DNA from: Christensenellaceae bacterium
GTDB taxonomy: Bacteria > Bacillota > Clostridia > Christensenellales > Borkfalkiaceae
Reading direction: 5' to 3'
DNA length: 64,000 bases
NCBI GenBank assembly: GCA_045589175.1
Contig: JAZNFS010000033.1
Coordinates: forward strand, 90,734 to 154,733
The translations under genes were made by a program, and so were the position numbers. The notes under the pieces are model-generated. The model worked only from the letters and a program-made list of their open reading frames with translations. It ran no database searches and was not told the origin of the DNA. Positions 23,534 to 33,163 of this stretch are shown here, piece after piece. How positions within the stretch are numbered: position 1 is the first letter of the stretch; each line of letters opens with the position of its first letter.

Positions 23534-24598
23534 TTAATTTAATTTATTACCGCAAGATGCGCAGAATTTATCGCCAGACGCTACTTCGTTTCCACATTCT
23601 GGGCAAAAGCGCTTAACGTCCATTTTAGCGCCACATTCTGGGCAGAACTTACTGCCTGCTGCAACCTCTTTTTTACATGACTTACAAATTACGGTTGCTT
23701 TTTTAGGCTCTTCTTTTTGTGGCTTACTTTCGCTACCCTTCATTGCATCGCTCATAATAGCGCCAACTTGCGCGCCTGCACCCATGCCAACACCAACGCC
23801 CATAAACGCTCCGCCAACACCTGGGTTTTTAGCCGCGCTTCTCATTGCTTCGGCAGCAGAAACCTTCATCATAGTGTCGGTAGCATCGCCTAAAATACCG
23901 TATTTAGAGCGTTCGTCTAAAGCCTTTTCAACTTCTTGTGGAACAGACATATTTTCGATTATAAGCGTTTGTAAACTTAAACCGATTTCTTTAAACATAC
24001 TTTGTATTTTAGCCTTAACTATGGTTTGAAATTCCATTGTGTTGCCGGCTAAATCAATAACTGAAATTTTACTTTCGCCGATAGCATCTGTAATTCCCGA
24101 AACGATCATACCTTTTAGGTACTCTTGAATTGCGCTAGTTTCAAAAGAAGAATTAGTGCCAAAAAGTTGACGCATAAAGGTTGGAGCATCGTCAACCTTA
24201 AAAGCGTAAGAACCAAAACCGCGTACGCGTATAACCCCAAATTCGGGATCACGCATCATAAATGGGTTTTGTGTTCCCCATTTCATATTAGTAAATAGTT
24301 TGGTGTTAACAAAATATACGTCTAAAGTAATAGGGGTTTCAAATTTATATTTCCAAGAAGCAAGTTTAGTAAGAACGGGTAAAATTTCGCTTTCTAAGTT
24401 GTATAAGCCTGGTGTAAAAACGTCGGCAATTTGACCTTTATGTACGAAAATTGCTACTTGTGATTCTCTAACGGTAAGCGAGCTTTTGTTGTTAACTTCT
24501 TTACCACTGTTTTTAAAAGGATATTTATATACCATTCTGTTGGTGGTATCGTCTGACCATTCTATATTAAGCCTAAATAAGTTATCAAAAAGTCCCAT
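23534..24598 (-). CDS. SPFH/Band-7 domain protein with a C-terminal double zinc ribbon
   Basis: Start at MGLFDNLF (ATG 24598, AAGGAG RBS). A Gly-rich linker follows the SPFH core. The C-terminus has CKSCKK..CPECG..CPECG..CASCG. Confidence 0.7.
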   Translation of the reverse strand: MGLFDNLFRLNIEWSDDTTNRMVYKYPFKNSGKEVNNKSSLTVRESQVAIFVHKGQIADVFTPGLYNLESEILPVLTKLASWKYKFETPITLDVYFVNTKLFTNMKWGTQNPFMMRDPEFGVIRVRGFGSYAFKVDDAPTFMRQLFGTNSSFETSAIQEYLKGMIVSGITDAIGESKISVIDLAGNTMEFQTIVKAKIQSMFKEIGLSLQTLIIENMSVPQEVEKALDERSKYGILGDATDTMMKVSAAEAMRSAAKNPGVGGAFMGVGVGMGAGAQVGAIMSDAMKGSESKPQKEEPKKATVICKSCKKEVAAGSKFCPECGAKMDVKRFCPECGNEVASGDKFCASCGNKLN

Positions 24599-24768
24599 AA
24601 CATACTCCTTTGTGTCAATAAAATCATAAAATGCGCACACGCACGCATTATGATTATATATTATATCATCACTTTTATAATTTTACAATCATTTTTTATA
24701 AGTTTTTTGCTTTTTATTTTTGTTTATAGTTTATAAACACTCGTTTTTTAGTTTTTTTAAACAACTGC

Positions 24769-25386
24769 CTATTCTTCATCATCGGAGTTGTCGATATCGT
24801 CATCAAACTCTTCTATATCATCATCGAGGTCATCTTCGCAATCATCATCCGCATAATCGATATCTTCTTTCGTTTCATCTTCATCAATAGGATCTTCTTC
24901 ATAGTCTTCTATATCGTCATCCTCATCAATCGAATCTTCTTCATCATCTGGAGAGTCAAACGATAAAACCACGTCGTTTTGCTTTGGTTTTCTAAATACG
25001 ATAAAGGTATCGTAAAGATATTCGGTTGCAAAGTTTATAATCATATTCATAACAACAACCACAGTATCATTCCAACCTATTTGCACTAAAGCGTCGCCCC
25101 ACCAAGTTGAAAGTGGTGTAAATACTAAATAGTAGCAAGCAACCAAGAACATTGCAAACGGAACGTTAACCGCGCTTTTAAAGGTAAATTTACGGTTGAA
25201 AGTAAAATTCCATAAAACCGAAAGCGCAAGCGAAATTACGTAAACCCACCAGTAATATTGTTCTGGAGTAAACCAAATACCGCAAAGTAGTGCCAAAAGC
25301 TCGTAAGAAACTATTTGAATTACACCTGCCGAAATTGAAAATGCAGTAAATTTTAAAATTTGAATAAATCTTTCCTTCTTTGTCAC
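24769..25386 (-). CDS. GtrA-family membrane protein with a poly-acidic C-terminal tail
   Basis: Four-TM GtrA-like core. The last ~65 aa are nearly all D/E. Apparent GTG start at 25386 with an AAGGA RBS. Confidence 0.6.
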   Translation of the reverse strand: MTKKERFIQILKFTAFSISAGVIQIVSYELLALLCGIWFTPEQYYWWVYVISLALSVLWNFTFNRKFTFKSAVNVPFAMFLVACYYLVFTPLSTWWGDALVQIGWNDTVVVVMNMIINFATEYLYDTFIVFRKPKQNDVVLSFDSPDDEEDSIDEDDDIEDYEEDPIDEDETKEDIDYADDDCEDDLDDDIEEFDDDIDNSDDEE

Positions 25387-25426
25387 TTTTATTTCCTTTT
25401 AACAATAAAAATTGAAGATTTTTTAT

Positions 25427-25452
25427 TAAAAACCACGCTATAACGCGATTAA
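25427..25452 (-). promoter_or_regulatory. Copy A of the conserved upstream motif (TAAAAACCACGCTATAACGCGATTAA), 5' of the GtrA-like gene
   Basis: 26/26-nt identity with copies at 26122 and 28612. It lies ~40 nt upstream of the start codon. Confidence 0.55.
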
Positions 25453-25489
25453 AGGCGCTTTCATATCCTTTTAAAAGGATTTAAAAGTT

Positions 25490-26092
25490 TTATTTTAGTT
25501 TAAGCCACATAGCAGGACGCACTGCAACGTTATTACTATATGCAATATCACCACGAGTATCTATTATACCTTCACCGTCAACAAGCGCTTCACGACGTTC
25601 ACCCACGCCGGGCGAACGAAGCCACCAAAAACACGCTTTAGTAGCCGTATTTTGGTAAGCGTTATTTTTCATTGCGTACATAGTTGGCTCGCTTTGTTTG
25701 GATTTATCCGTAGGTAAATATTCTTTTGCTTCCTTTACGCTAAAAACAAATAATTTATCCTCAGTTGTAGTTATAAAACCTAATAACGACTTTTCTTCTT
25801 CAGTTTTAGTTGTTTCAATCATTTCTTTTTCTTCTTGAGTAAAGGCGTTATTATAAAATTCACCGTTTAGCCAAGCCCTTAAAGTGCATTTTTTCCAACT
25901 TGTTTTTTCATATTTTTCGTGGTAAGGCTTACAATCAATGCCGTATTTGCTAATAACAAGCACCATATTATCATCTTTTTTAACCAACAACCACTCGATA
26001 GGTTCTTTGATTTTAGGGTTAGACTTAGTATAATTACCAAACTCAATACTATCTCCTCTTTTCATTTTTGCAACTTCTTCTTTTTTTAACAT
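25490..26092 (-). CDS. DUF6273-like single-domain protein
   Basis: Motifs IEWLLV, SKYGIDCKPY, CTLRAWLNGEFYNNAF, WWLRSPG and VRPAMWL. ATG 26092 follows a GGGAGAA RBS. Confidence 0.55.
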   Translation of the reverse strand: MLKKEEVAKMKRGDSIEFGNYTKSNPKIKEPIEWLLVKKDDNMVLVISKYGIDCKPYHEKYEKTSWKKCTLRAWLNGEFYNNAFTQEEKEMIETTKTEEEKSLLGFITTTEDKLFVFSVKEAKEYLPTDKSKQSEPTMYAMKNNAYQNTATKACFWWLRSPGVGERREALVDGEGIIDTRGDIAYSNNVAVRPAMWLKLK

Positions 26093-26121
26093 TTTCACGT
26101 TCTCCCGAATTTGTTTTCATC

Positions 26122-26149
26122 TAAAACCACGCTATAACGCGATTAACAG
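26122..26149 (-). promoter_or_regulatory. Copy B of the conserved upstream motif (TAAAACCACGCTATAACGCGATTAACAG)
   Basis: Lies ~30 nt upstream of the 25490-26092 gene. Confidence 0.55.
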
Positions 26150-26195
26150 CGGTTTTGCGTTTCTTGTACTTGTCGTTTGTTTTTTATTAAGTATT

Positions 26196-28580
26196 TTAAT
26201 CTAACGTAACCCACATTGCTGGGCGCACACAACGATTCGTAAGATTCACATTTTTACCACTATCCTTAACTTTGCCATCCGAATTTACATAACCAACGAA
26301 ATTTTGATTACTACCTGGTGTTCTAATCCACCACATACAATTTTCACCATCCACATATGCACCATTTTCCCTTGCAAAGGCGGTAGGTTTACATGCCCTT
26401 TCTTCATCAACTTCAAAATGTTCTTTTGCCCCTTTGAGGCTTAATAAAAACATTTTATCGTTAGTTGAATTCCCTGGGTTTCTATTATATAAAGGGTTTT
26501 TGTCCGCGCTTACATGCATTAATTGAATTTTTAACTGTTCTTCACTGTTAAATGCACTGTTTAAAAACTCATTATTTAGCCATTTTCTTAAAGTACAACG
26601 CTCCCATGTTATATTAGTATCTTGAGAATTGTATGGCTTGCAGTCAAGAGCATATTTACTAATAAGTAACACCTTATCTTCTTGTTTTTCAAGAAGTAAC
26701 CACTCGATATCTTCTTTTATGCTAGCATCACTTTGTGGGTATTTACCAAACTTTATATAGCCACCAACTTTTGCATCGTTAAAAGGATTTAAAACCGCCT
26801 TTAAGTTTGTTTTTTCGGCTTCTTGCTTATCTTGTTTAGTCACAGCATCAAGTTCAATCCATATTACCGGACGCACAGCCATGTCAGTATTATTAACAAT
26901 GCTACCACCATTATGTATATGCCCATCACTATGGACATAACTTGCATTACTTTGAAAATGACCAGGAGTACAAAGCCACCAATTAACATTGTTTCTAAAA
27001 TCAACACTTAAGCCGTTTTGTTTTGCATAAGCAGTAGGCTTACATATTCTTAATGTATCGCTATTAAAATGCTTATTTACATCAGATATCGTTAATAAAT
27101 TTACTTTATCTTCTGTTGGTTTTCCAGCCTTTGTTCCATAAACAGGATTGCATCCTGCAGATATTAAAACTGTTGATATTTTAGTTTTCTCATCTACTGA
27201 AAAGGCATTATTAAAAAATTCATTATTTAGCCATTTTCTTAAACTGCAATTTGCCCAAGTGATATCTTCAAATTTATCATGATATTGCTTGCAATCAAGA
27301 GCATATTTACTAATCAGTAAAGCCCCGCTACCTTGTTTATCAAGAACTAACCACTCGATATCTTCTTTTGTGCTGGCATCACTTTGTGGGTATTTACCAA
27401 ACTTTATATAGTCACCCACTTTTACATTATTTAAAGCATGTTGCTTATTTTTGCTAACGCTTGGCGCTCTTCGTGACTTTTCACTTATTAATGAATCATT
27501 TTGTTCAAGCTCTTTTTTAAAACGCTTTTGCTCTTCAATTTGTTTTTGAGAATCAAAATCTTCTTCAAAACAATCGTCTGCGCACATATATTTCATAATG
27601 CGCGCTTTTACGCCATCAATATCGTAGCAATATTCAAGCCCTGCAAAAATTTCGTTAACGATACCGTCTGCCATACTCTTTGTATCGTCGAGCCTTAACT
27701 GAATACGCGGTTTTTTATACTTACAATTTATTTTATCATAAGAAAGATTAGGGAATTTATATCGCAAATTTTCTAAATCGCTCTTTTTTAAATATGGCAA
27801 TTCGTGCTTTATTGCGTCGCACTTAAAATTGCGCGAATTTTTTGAAGAGATAAATAAAAAGATTTTACTGTTATCAATAGCCTTTTCAAGCGCTTGTTGA
27901 TAGTTATTAACCGCGCCAACACCGTGCTGTAGGTTACGCATTGCAACAAAGCAAGTTAACCCTTCTTCTTCAAGGGCGGTTACAATTTGTTGAACTTTAC
28001 CCATGTCGGCGCTTGAATACGCCACGAATACGTCACGCGGTAAATTAAGCTCGTAAACGCCTTCTTCAACAAGTTCGGCTTGAGTAGCAAAAGCGGTTGT
28101 TAGGCGATTATAGGTTTGTAAATCACTACCCTTATACGCCCTTTCAATTAGGTTATTAACGCATAGCAAATATTCACTTTTTAGCGATTTAATTAAAAAG
28201 TTAACGATAGGCTCAATAACTTCGTAATGCTCTTTTACGTTTATGTTATCAATAAAATCAATTACCGCTTGTTCGTATTGACCACAAACAACTTCGTAAA
28301 AGTTTGCTAAAAAATCTTCGGGATAAATATTTTTAATATTTAAACATATAGAAACTATTTTTTCGCTATCAATAAATTTTGCAGTTGCTTCTTGCCATAA
28401 ATGACGGCGAAGCGAATTTAACTGCTCTTGCTTTTGTTTATCTAAAAAACTATCAAGAAGCTCTTGTTGTTTTTTTGCGGTAACTTGCGCATAGGTAGAG
28501 CCACAGTTTTCACACTTGCAAATTTCTTCACTTATAGGCTGTAGCGTTCCACCACAGTTTTTACAAAATAACTCTTGCAT
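26196..28580 (-). CDS. Multi-domain protein: N-terminal zinc ribbon, helical domain, TIR-like domain and three DUF6273-like repeats
   Basis: N-terminal CKNCGG..CKCENCGS. The TIR-like block reads DVFVAYSSADMGKVQQIVTALEEEGLTCFVA...KIFLFISSKNS. Three repeats each carry the EWLVL / SKYALDCK / CSLRKWLNNEF / WWL(C/R)TPG / VRP(V/A)(I/M)W motifs. Confidence 0.6.
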   Translation of the reverse strand: MQELFCKNCGGTLQPISEEICKCENCGSTYAQVTAKKQQELLDSFLDKQKQEQLNSLRRHLWQEATAKFIDSEKIVSICLNIKNIYPEDFLANFYEVVCGQYEQAVIDFIDNINVKEHYEVIEPIVNFLIKSLKSEYLLCVNNLIERAYKGSDLQTYNRLTTAFATQAELVEEGVYELNLPRDVFVAYSSADMGKVQQIVTALEEEGLTCFVAMRNLQHGVGAVNNYQQALEKAIDNSKIFLFISSKNSRNFKCDAIKHELPYLKKSDLENLRYKFPNLSYDKINCKYKKPRIQLRLDDTKSMADGIVNEIFAGLEYCYDIDGVKARIMKYMCADDCFEEDFDSQKQIEEQKRFKKELEQNDSLISEKSRRAPSVSKNKQHALNNVKVGDYIKFGKYPQSDASTKEDIEWLVLDKQGSGALLISKYALDCKQYHDKFEDITWANCSLRKWLNNEFFNNAFSVDEKTKISTVLISAGCNPVYGTKAGKPTEDKVNLLTISDVNKHFNSDTLRICKPTAYAKQNGLSVDFRNNVNWWLCTPGHFQSNASYVHSDGHIHNGGSIVNNTDMAVRPVIWIELDAVTKQDKQEAEKTNLKAVLNPFNDAKVGGYIKFGKYPQSDASIKEDIEWLLLEKQEDKVLLISKYALDCKPYNSQDTNITWERCTLRKWLNNEFLNSAFNSEEQLKIQLMHVSADKNPLYNRNPGNSTNDKMFLLSLKGAKEHFEVDEERACKPTAFARENGAYVDGENCMWWIRTPGSNQNFVGYVNSDGKVKDSGKNVNLTNRCVRPAMWVTLD

Positions 28581-28611
28581 AATTTATCTCCTTCGTTAAA
28601 ATATTTTCACT

Positions 28612-28640
28612 AAAAACCACGCTATAACGCGATTAACAGC
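28612..28640 (-). promoter_or_regulatory. Copy C of the conserved upstream motif (TAAAAACCACGCTATAACGCGATTAACAG)
   Basis: Lies ~30 nt upstream of the 794-aa gene start. Confidence 0.55.
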
Positions 28641-28700
28641 CCTTTGAATTATTTTTTTTATCTAAATTTATAAAACCTGCTATTAAGTTTTAACGTTGTA

Positions 28701-29483
28701 TCACTTTACACTTATTTGTAGAACTGGAACAATTCCTTTCATCGACGTTTGAAATGAATAGAAAATAGAGCCGTCTGTATTTCCAATCCATGCATAGTTA
28801 ATAGACGCGTGATAAGGCGAACGAAGCCACCAAGTTCCATTACCATATCTATCCAAGGTGGTAAGTATACCAACACCAGTTGCGCGAGCATAGTCGCTGG
28901 CTATCTTTTCTCTTACTGAACTTCTTCCTTCATTTTGATTATCAAGATTACATGCTTCTTGTTTACTTAATAAATAAATTTTATCTTTAGTATTTTTGCA
29001 TGCATTTTTATTTGAAGAATGCCCAGTACTTGCTTTAGTGTTGTTTACGGTTGTAACAGCGATTAACTTTTTTTGAATTTCATTAAATGCAAGATTATAA
29101 AACTCAGCGTTAAGCCAAGCCCTAATTTCACTATCCATATAAGTTTGTGGGATAGTGGAAAAAACTCGACCATCAATTATGTTTGTGCATAAAACCGATA
29201 AAGTTTCACTATCTTTTGAAAGAACTATCCACTTTATGGGCTCAACTTTAAAATAATATTCATTACCTTTAGTTATGATAGTTCCGTTTGAAAACTTATA
29301 ATTCGTATTATATGGGGTTGCTACTATTTTTGAATAACATTCGCCGTCGCTACCCAAGTAATAACCATTTTCATTTACAGTATCGGATACAACAACATCA
29401 TCTTCTTTAACTGATTGCGGATAAAAACCAAAATCTACTATCTCGCCTATTTTTACATTTTTTAGGATATCGTTCATTACCAT
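28701..29483 (-). CDS. DUF6273-like protein, translationally coupled to rsmA
   Basis: Motifs IKWIVL, IRAWLNAEFYNLAF and WWLRSPY. The start lies 3 nt after the rsmA stop. Confidence 0.55.
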   Translation of the reverse strand: MVMNDILKNVKIGEIVDFGFYPQSVKEDDVVVSDTVNENGYYLGSDGECYSKIVATPYNTNYKFSNGTIITKGNEYYFKVEPIKWIVLSKDSETLSVLCTNIIDGRVFSTIPQTYMDSEIRAWLNAEFYNLAFNEIQKKLIAVTTVNNTKASTGHSSNKNACKNTKDKIYLLSKQEACNLDNQNEGRSSVREKIASDYARATGVGILTTLDRYGNGTWWLRSPYHASINYAWIGNTDGSIFYSFQTSMKGIVPVLQISVK

Positions 29484-29486
29484 TTT

Positions 29487-30326
29487 CTATCCCTTATAAC
29501 CTTTTTGCTTAATTACGTTAGATAGCTTTACAAAATCGGCTTCGCAAAGGGTTTCGCCACGCGCAAGCAAATCAATTTCACATTCTAAAAGTAAATTTTC
29601 GATTGAAACTTTATCAATCTTAAGCCATTCACGCAAATTATTAGCAAGCGTTTTTCTTCTTGATAAAAAAGCGTTTCTAACCGTTTCGCGATATAAAATT
29701 CTATCAACACCCTCGAACTTGTTTCGATTAAAGGTTATTTTCACCACCGCACTATCAACGTTTGGCGCAGGATAAAACATTTTACGCGAAACACTTAAAA
29801 TGCGCTCACTATCTGCAACAACGTTAATACCTGCGGTAATTGCACCGTATTCACTAGTTCCGGCTTTAGCGCAAATTCTATCCGCCACCTCTTCTTGCAC
29901 CATAATAACTATGCCCTTACAAAGTTTAGATTCTTCAATAAACTTCATAATGATAGGAGTTGTTATATAGTAAGGTAGATTTGCAACGAGCATATAAGGT
30001 TCGCCAATGCGGTTTTCGGTTTCGTGCGTTTTTTCACGCATAATATCCTTAAAAGTTATGTCGCAATTTTCAATCCCTGCAAGATTTTCACCCAAAACAG
30101 GTGCTAACGTTTTATCAATTTCGTAGCCGTAAACGTATTTTGCTCTTTCGCATAAAACCTTGGTTAAAGTTCCTGCACCGCACCCTATTTCAAGCACGGG
30201 GGTAGTTTTATCAACCCCACTTTTTATAACGATACTTTCAAGCAAATTGCTGTCGCTTAAAAAGTTTTGCCCGTATTTTTTACTAAACTTAAAATCGTGT
30301 TTTTTAAGTAATTCGCCAAGTTTCAT
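29487..30326 (-). CDS. rsmA: 16S rRNA (adenine1518/1519-N6)-dimethyltransferase
   Basis: The N-terminus KKYGQNFL and the SAM-binding motif are present. Confidence 0.9.
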   Translation of the reverse strand: MKLGELLKKHDFKFSKKYGQNFLSDSNLLESIVIKSGVDKTTPVLEIGCGAGTLTKVLCERAKYVYGYEIDKTLAPVLGENLAGIENCDITFKDIMREKTHETENRIGEPYMLVANLPYYITTPIIMKFIEESKLCKGIVIMVQEEVADRICAKAGTSEYGAITAGINVVADSERILSVSRKMFYPAPNVDSAVVKITFNRNKFEGVDRILYRETVRNAFLSRRKTLANNLREWLKIDKVSIENLLLECEIDLLARGETLCEADFVKLSNVIKQKGYKG

Positions 30327-30339
30327 TTATAATTCCTTT

Positions 30340-31113
30340 TTAATTTCCAAGTTGTTCTTCCCCAAAAAATTTAACCGCGTTTTCGGCAACTTGTTTTATA
30401 AACTTTTGTAAACTAATTTCGTAAATATCAGCCATAGCCTGATAGACTATCGCCACCCTTTTAGGCTCGTTTACCTGCCCACGGTATGGTACGGGTGACA
30501 TATACGGACAGTCAGTTTCGCACATAACACGCTCGATTGGTATATTTTTTATAATATCTTCCTTTTTAGCGTTTTTAAAGGTGATTGCCCCGCCAAAGGC
30601 GAAATATCCGCCAAGCTTTAGGTATTCTTTCGCACTTTCAAGACTTTCGGAATAGCAATGCATCAAAAAGCCCTTTTTTAGCTTTGGCGCGTAAATCGAA
30701 AGAATATCAAGCATATCTTTTGTTGCTTCGCGCGAGTGAATAACAACCGGTAAATCGAGCTCGCAAGCTAACTTTAATTGCTCTATAAAGGCATTTTGTT
30801 GTTCTTCTTTATTATCTTTACCGTAATGATAATCAAGCCCGATTTCTCCAATAGCAAGACACTTTTCGTGTTTGATTATTGGCAAAAACTTTTGTATAAG
30901 TTCGCTGTTTAAAAACTTACAATCAGATGGGTGAACGCCAACGGTAAAAAACACCTTTTCGTTATTTTCGGCAATTTCTTTACCTAAAAAAGAGGTTTCT
31001 TCATTACAACCAACGGTTATTATTTTATTAACGCCCTCATTTTTAGCGTTTTGTATAATTTCGCTGGGGTTTTGGTATATTTTATCGGTTAAATGCGCGT
31101 GAGTATCTATCAT
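30340..31113 (-). CDS. tatD: TatD family metal-dependent hydrolase
   Basis: MIDTHAHL start. Follows metG as in Bacillus. Confidence 0.85.
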   Translation of the reverse strand: MIDTHAHLTDKIYQNPSEIIQNAKNEGVNKIITVGCNEETSFLGKEIAENNEKVFFTVGVHPSDCKFLNSELIQKFLPIIKHEKCLAIGEIGLDYHYGKDNKEEQQNAFIEQLKLACELDLPVVIHSREATKDMLDILSIYAPKLKKGFLMHCYSESLESAKEYLKLGGYFAFGGAITFKNAKKEDIIKNIPIERVMCETDCPYMSPVPYRGQVNEPKRVAIVYQAMADIYEISLQKFIKQVAENAVKFFGEEQLGN

Positions 31114-33050
31114 TAGCGAACAATGCTTCCTTCAGGCATTTGAGCGTTAGGTTCAACTAAAGTTACAACGCCATCCTTTTCGGCACATAAAACCATACCT
31201 TCGCTTTTAATTCCGCGTAGGTTTGCAGGCTTTAAATTGCTTACTAAAATAACCTTTTTACCAACAACTTCTTCAGGCGCGTAATATTTTGCAATACCGC
31301 TAGCAACAGTTCTAGTTTCATTACCAAGTGAAAGAGTGAGTTTTAAAAGCTTATCGCTCTTTTCAACTCTTTCGCAAGCAGTTACCAAAGCAACCTTTAA
31401 ACTGATTTTTGCAAAATCTTCAATGCCTATTTCAGGTAGTTTTGGCTCTTCTTTTATAGGTTCTTCTTTAACTTGATATTTTTTAGCAATTTCTTCAGCT
31501 TTTTTTAAAACTTCGCTTACGTCAAGGCGAGCAAAAATAACCTTTGGATCTTCGGTTACCTTAGTTCCGTCTTTATATAAACCGAACTTATCAAGGCTAT
31601 CAAAGGCGCGAATTTCCGTATTCAATTCGTTTAAAACTTCTTCACTAGTTGCAGGCATAAATGGGTGCAATAAGCTTGCGCAAATAACTATAGTTTCAGT
31701 TAAGTTGTACATAACCTCTTTTAAACGTGGCATACTCGCTTCTTCTTTTGCTAGTACCCAAGGCGCAGTTTCGTCGATATACTTATTTGCTCTCCTTAAA
31801 AGCGTGAAAACACAAGAAAGAGCGTCGGCAATCTTACATTCATCCATAAGCGCGCTTACCTTTGAATAGGTTGAAGTGGCTAAAGCTTTTAGTTCTTGGT
31901 CAATTTCTTCTTCTACTCCACTTCTTTCAACAACGCCATCAAAATATTTGTTAGTCATTGAAATAGTACGCTTAACAAGGTTTCCGTAAACGTTTGCAAG
32001 TTCGGCGTTTATTTTTTCAGTCATCATTCCCCAAGAAACTAAGCCGTCATTATCAAAAGGCATACCGCTTAAAACGTAATATCTAACCGCATCTACACCA
32101 AAAACACTAGCTAAATCATCTGCGTAAAGTACGTTACCCTTTGATTTGGACATTTTTCCACCTTCTTGAAGTAGCCATGGATGACCAAATACTTGTTTAG
32201 GTAAAGGTTCGCCCATTGCCATTAAGAAAATTGGCCAGTAAATCGTATGGAATCTTATAATATCCTTACCGATAACGTGAACGTCGGCAGGCCAATATTT
32301 TTTATATAATTCGTTGTGGTTACCCTCCAAATCAAAGCCTAAGCCTGTAATATAATTAGTAAGAGCGTCCAGCCATACGTAAACTACGTGTTTATCGTCA
32401 AAATCAACCGGGATACCCCATTTAAACGAAGTTCTTGAAACACATAGGTCTTGAAGCCCAGGTAATAAGAAATTGTTCATCATTTCATTCTTTCTTGAAA
32501 CGGGAACTATAAAATCGGGGTTTGCATTGATATGATCGATTAGTTTTTGAGCATACTTGCTCATTTTAAAGAAGTACGCTTCTTCGTTTGCCTTTTTAAC
32601 TTCTCTACCGCAATCGGGGCATTTACCGTCAACTAATTGGCTTTCAGTCCAAAAAGATTCGCAAGGGGTGCAATACCAACCCTCGTAAGAACTTTTATAA
32701 ATATCGCCTTGTTCGTAGAATTTTTTAAATATTTTTTGAACTTGCTTTTCGTGGTGTTCGTCGGTAGTTCTTATAAACTTATCGTAAGATACGTTCATAA
32801 TATCCCAAATACCTTTTATAGTGGTTGAAACTTCGTCAACGTATTGCTTGGGAGTTTTGCCAGCAAGCTTTGCTTTTTCTTCTATTTTTTGACCGTGCTC
32901 GTCAGTTCCCGTTTGAAAGAAAACGTCGTACCCTTGCATCCTTTTAAATCTAGCCATACCGTCAGCTAAAATAGCTTCGTAAGTGTTGCCGATATGTGGT
33001 TTTGATGAAGTGTAAGCTATCGCCGTTGTAATGTAGTATTTTTCTTTCAT
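31113..33050 (-). CDS. metG: Methionine--tRNA ligase with a C-terminal tRNA-binding domain
   Basis: HIGN and KMSKS motifs. 645 aa. Confidence 0.95.
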   Translation of the reverse strand: MKEKYYITTAIAYTSSKPHIGNTYEAILADGMARFKRMQGYDVFFQTGTDEHGQKIEEKAKLAGKTPKQYVDEVSTTIKGIWDIMNVSYDKFIRTTDEHHEKQVQKIFKKFYEQGDIYKSSYEGWYCTPCESFWTESQLVDGKCPDCGREVKKANEEAYFFKMSKYAQKLIDHINANPDFIVPVSRKNEMMNNFLLPGLQDLCVSRTSFKWGIPVDFDDKHVVYVWLDALTNYITGLGFDLEGNHNELYKKYWPADVHVIGKDIIRFHTIYWPIFLMAMGEPLPKQVFGHPWLLQEGGKMSKSKGNVLYADDLASVFGVDAVRYYVLSGMPFDNDGLVSWGMMTEKINAELANVYGNLVKRTISMTNKYFDGVVERSGVEEEIDQELKALATSTYSKVSALMDECKIADALSCVFTLLRRANKYIDETAPWVLAKEEASMPRLKEVMYNLTETIVICASLLHPFMPATSEEVLNELNTEIRAFDSLDKFGLYKDGTKVTEDPKVIFARLDVSEVLKKAEEIAKKYQVKEEPIKEEPKLPEIGIEDFAKISLKVALVTACERVEKSDKLLKLTLSLGNETRTVASGIAKYYAPEEVVGKKVILVSNLKPANLRGIKSEGMVLCAEKDGVVTLVEPNAQMPEGSIVR

Positions 33051-33163
33051 AAAAATCTCCTTGAGTTAGAAAACTTGCATTTTATCGTTTATTGTATTGA
33101 TTATACAATAAAACCAAAAAAATGTAAAACATAAAAAGCGAATTATGAACATATTATTTTGTT

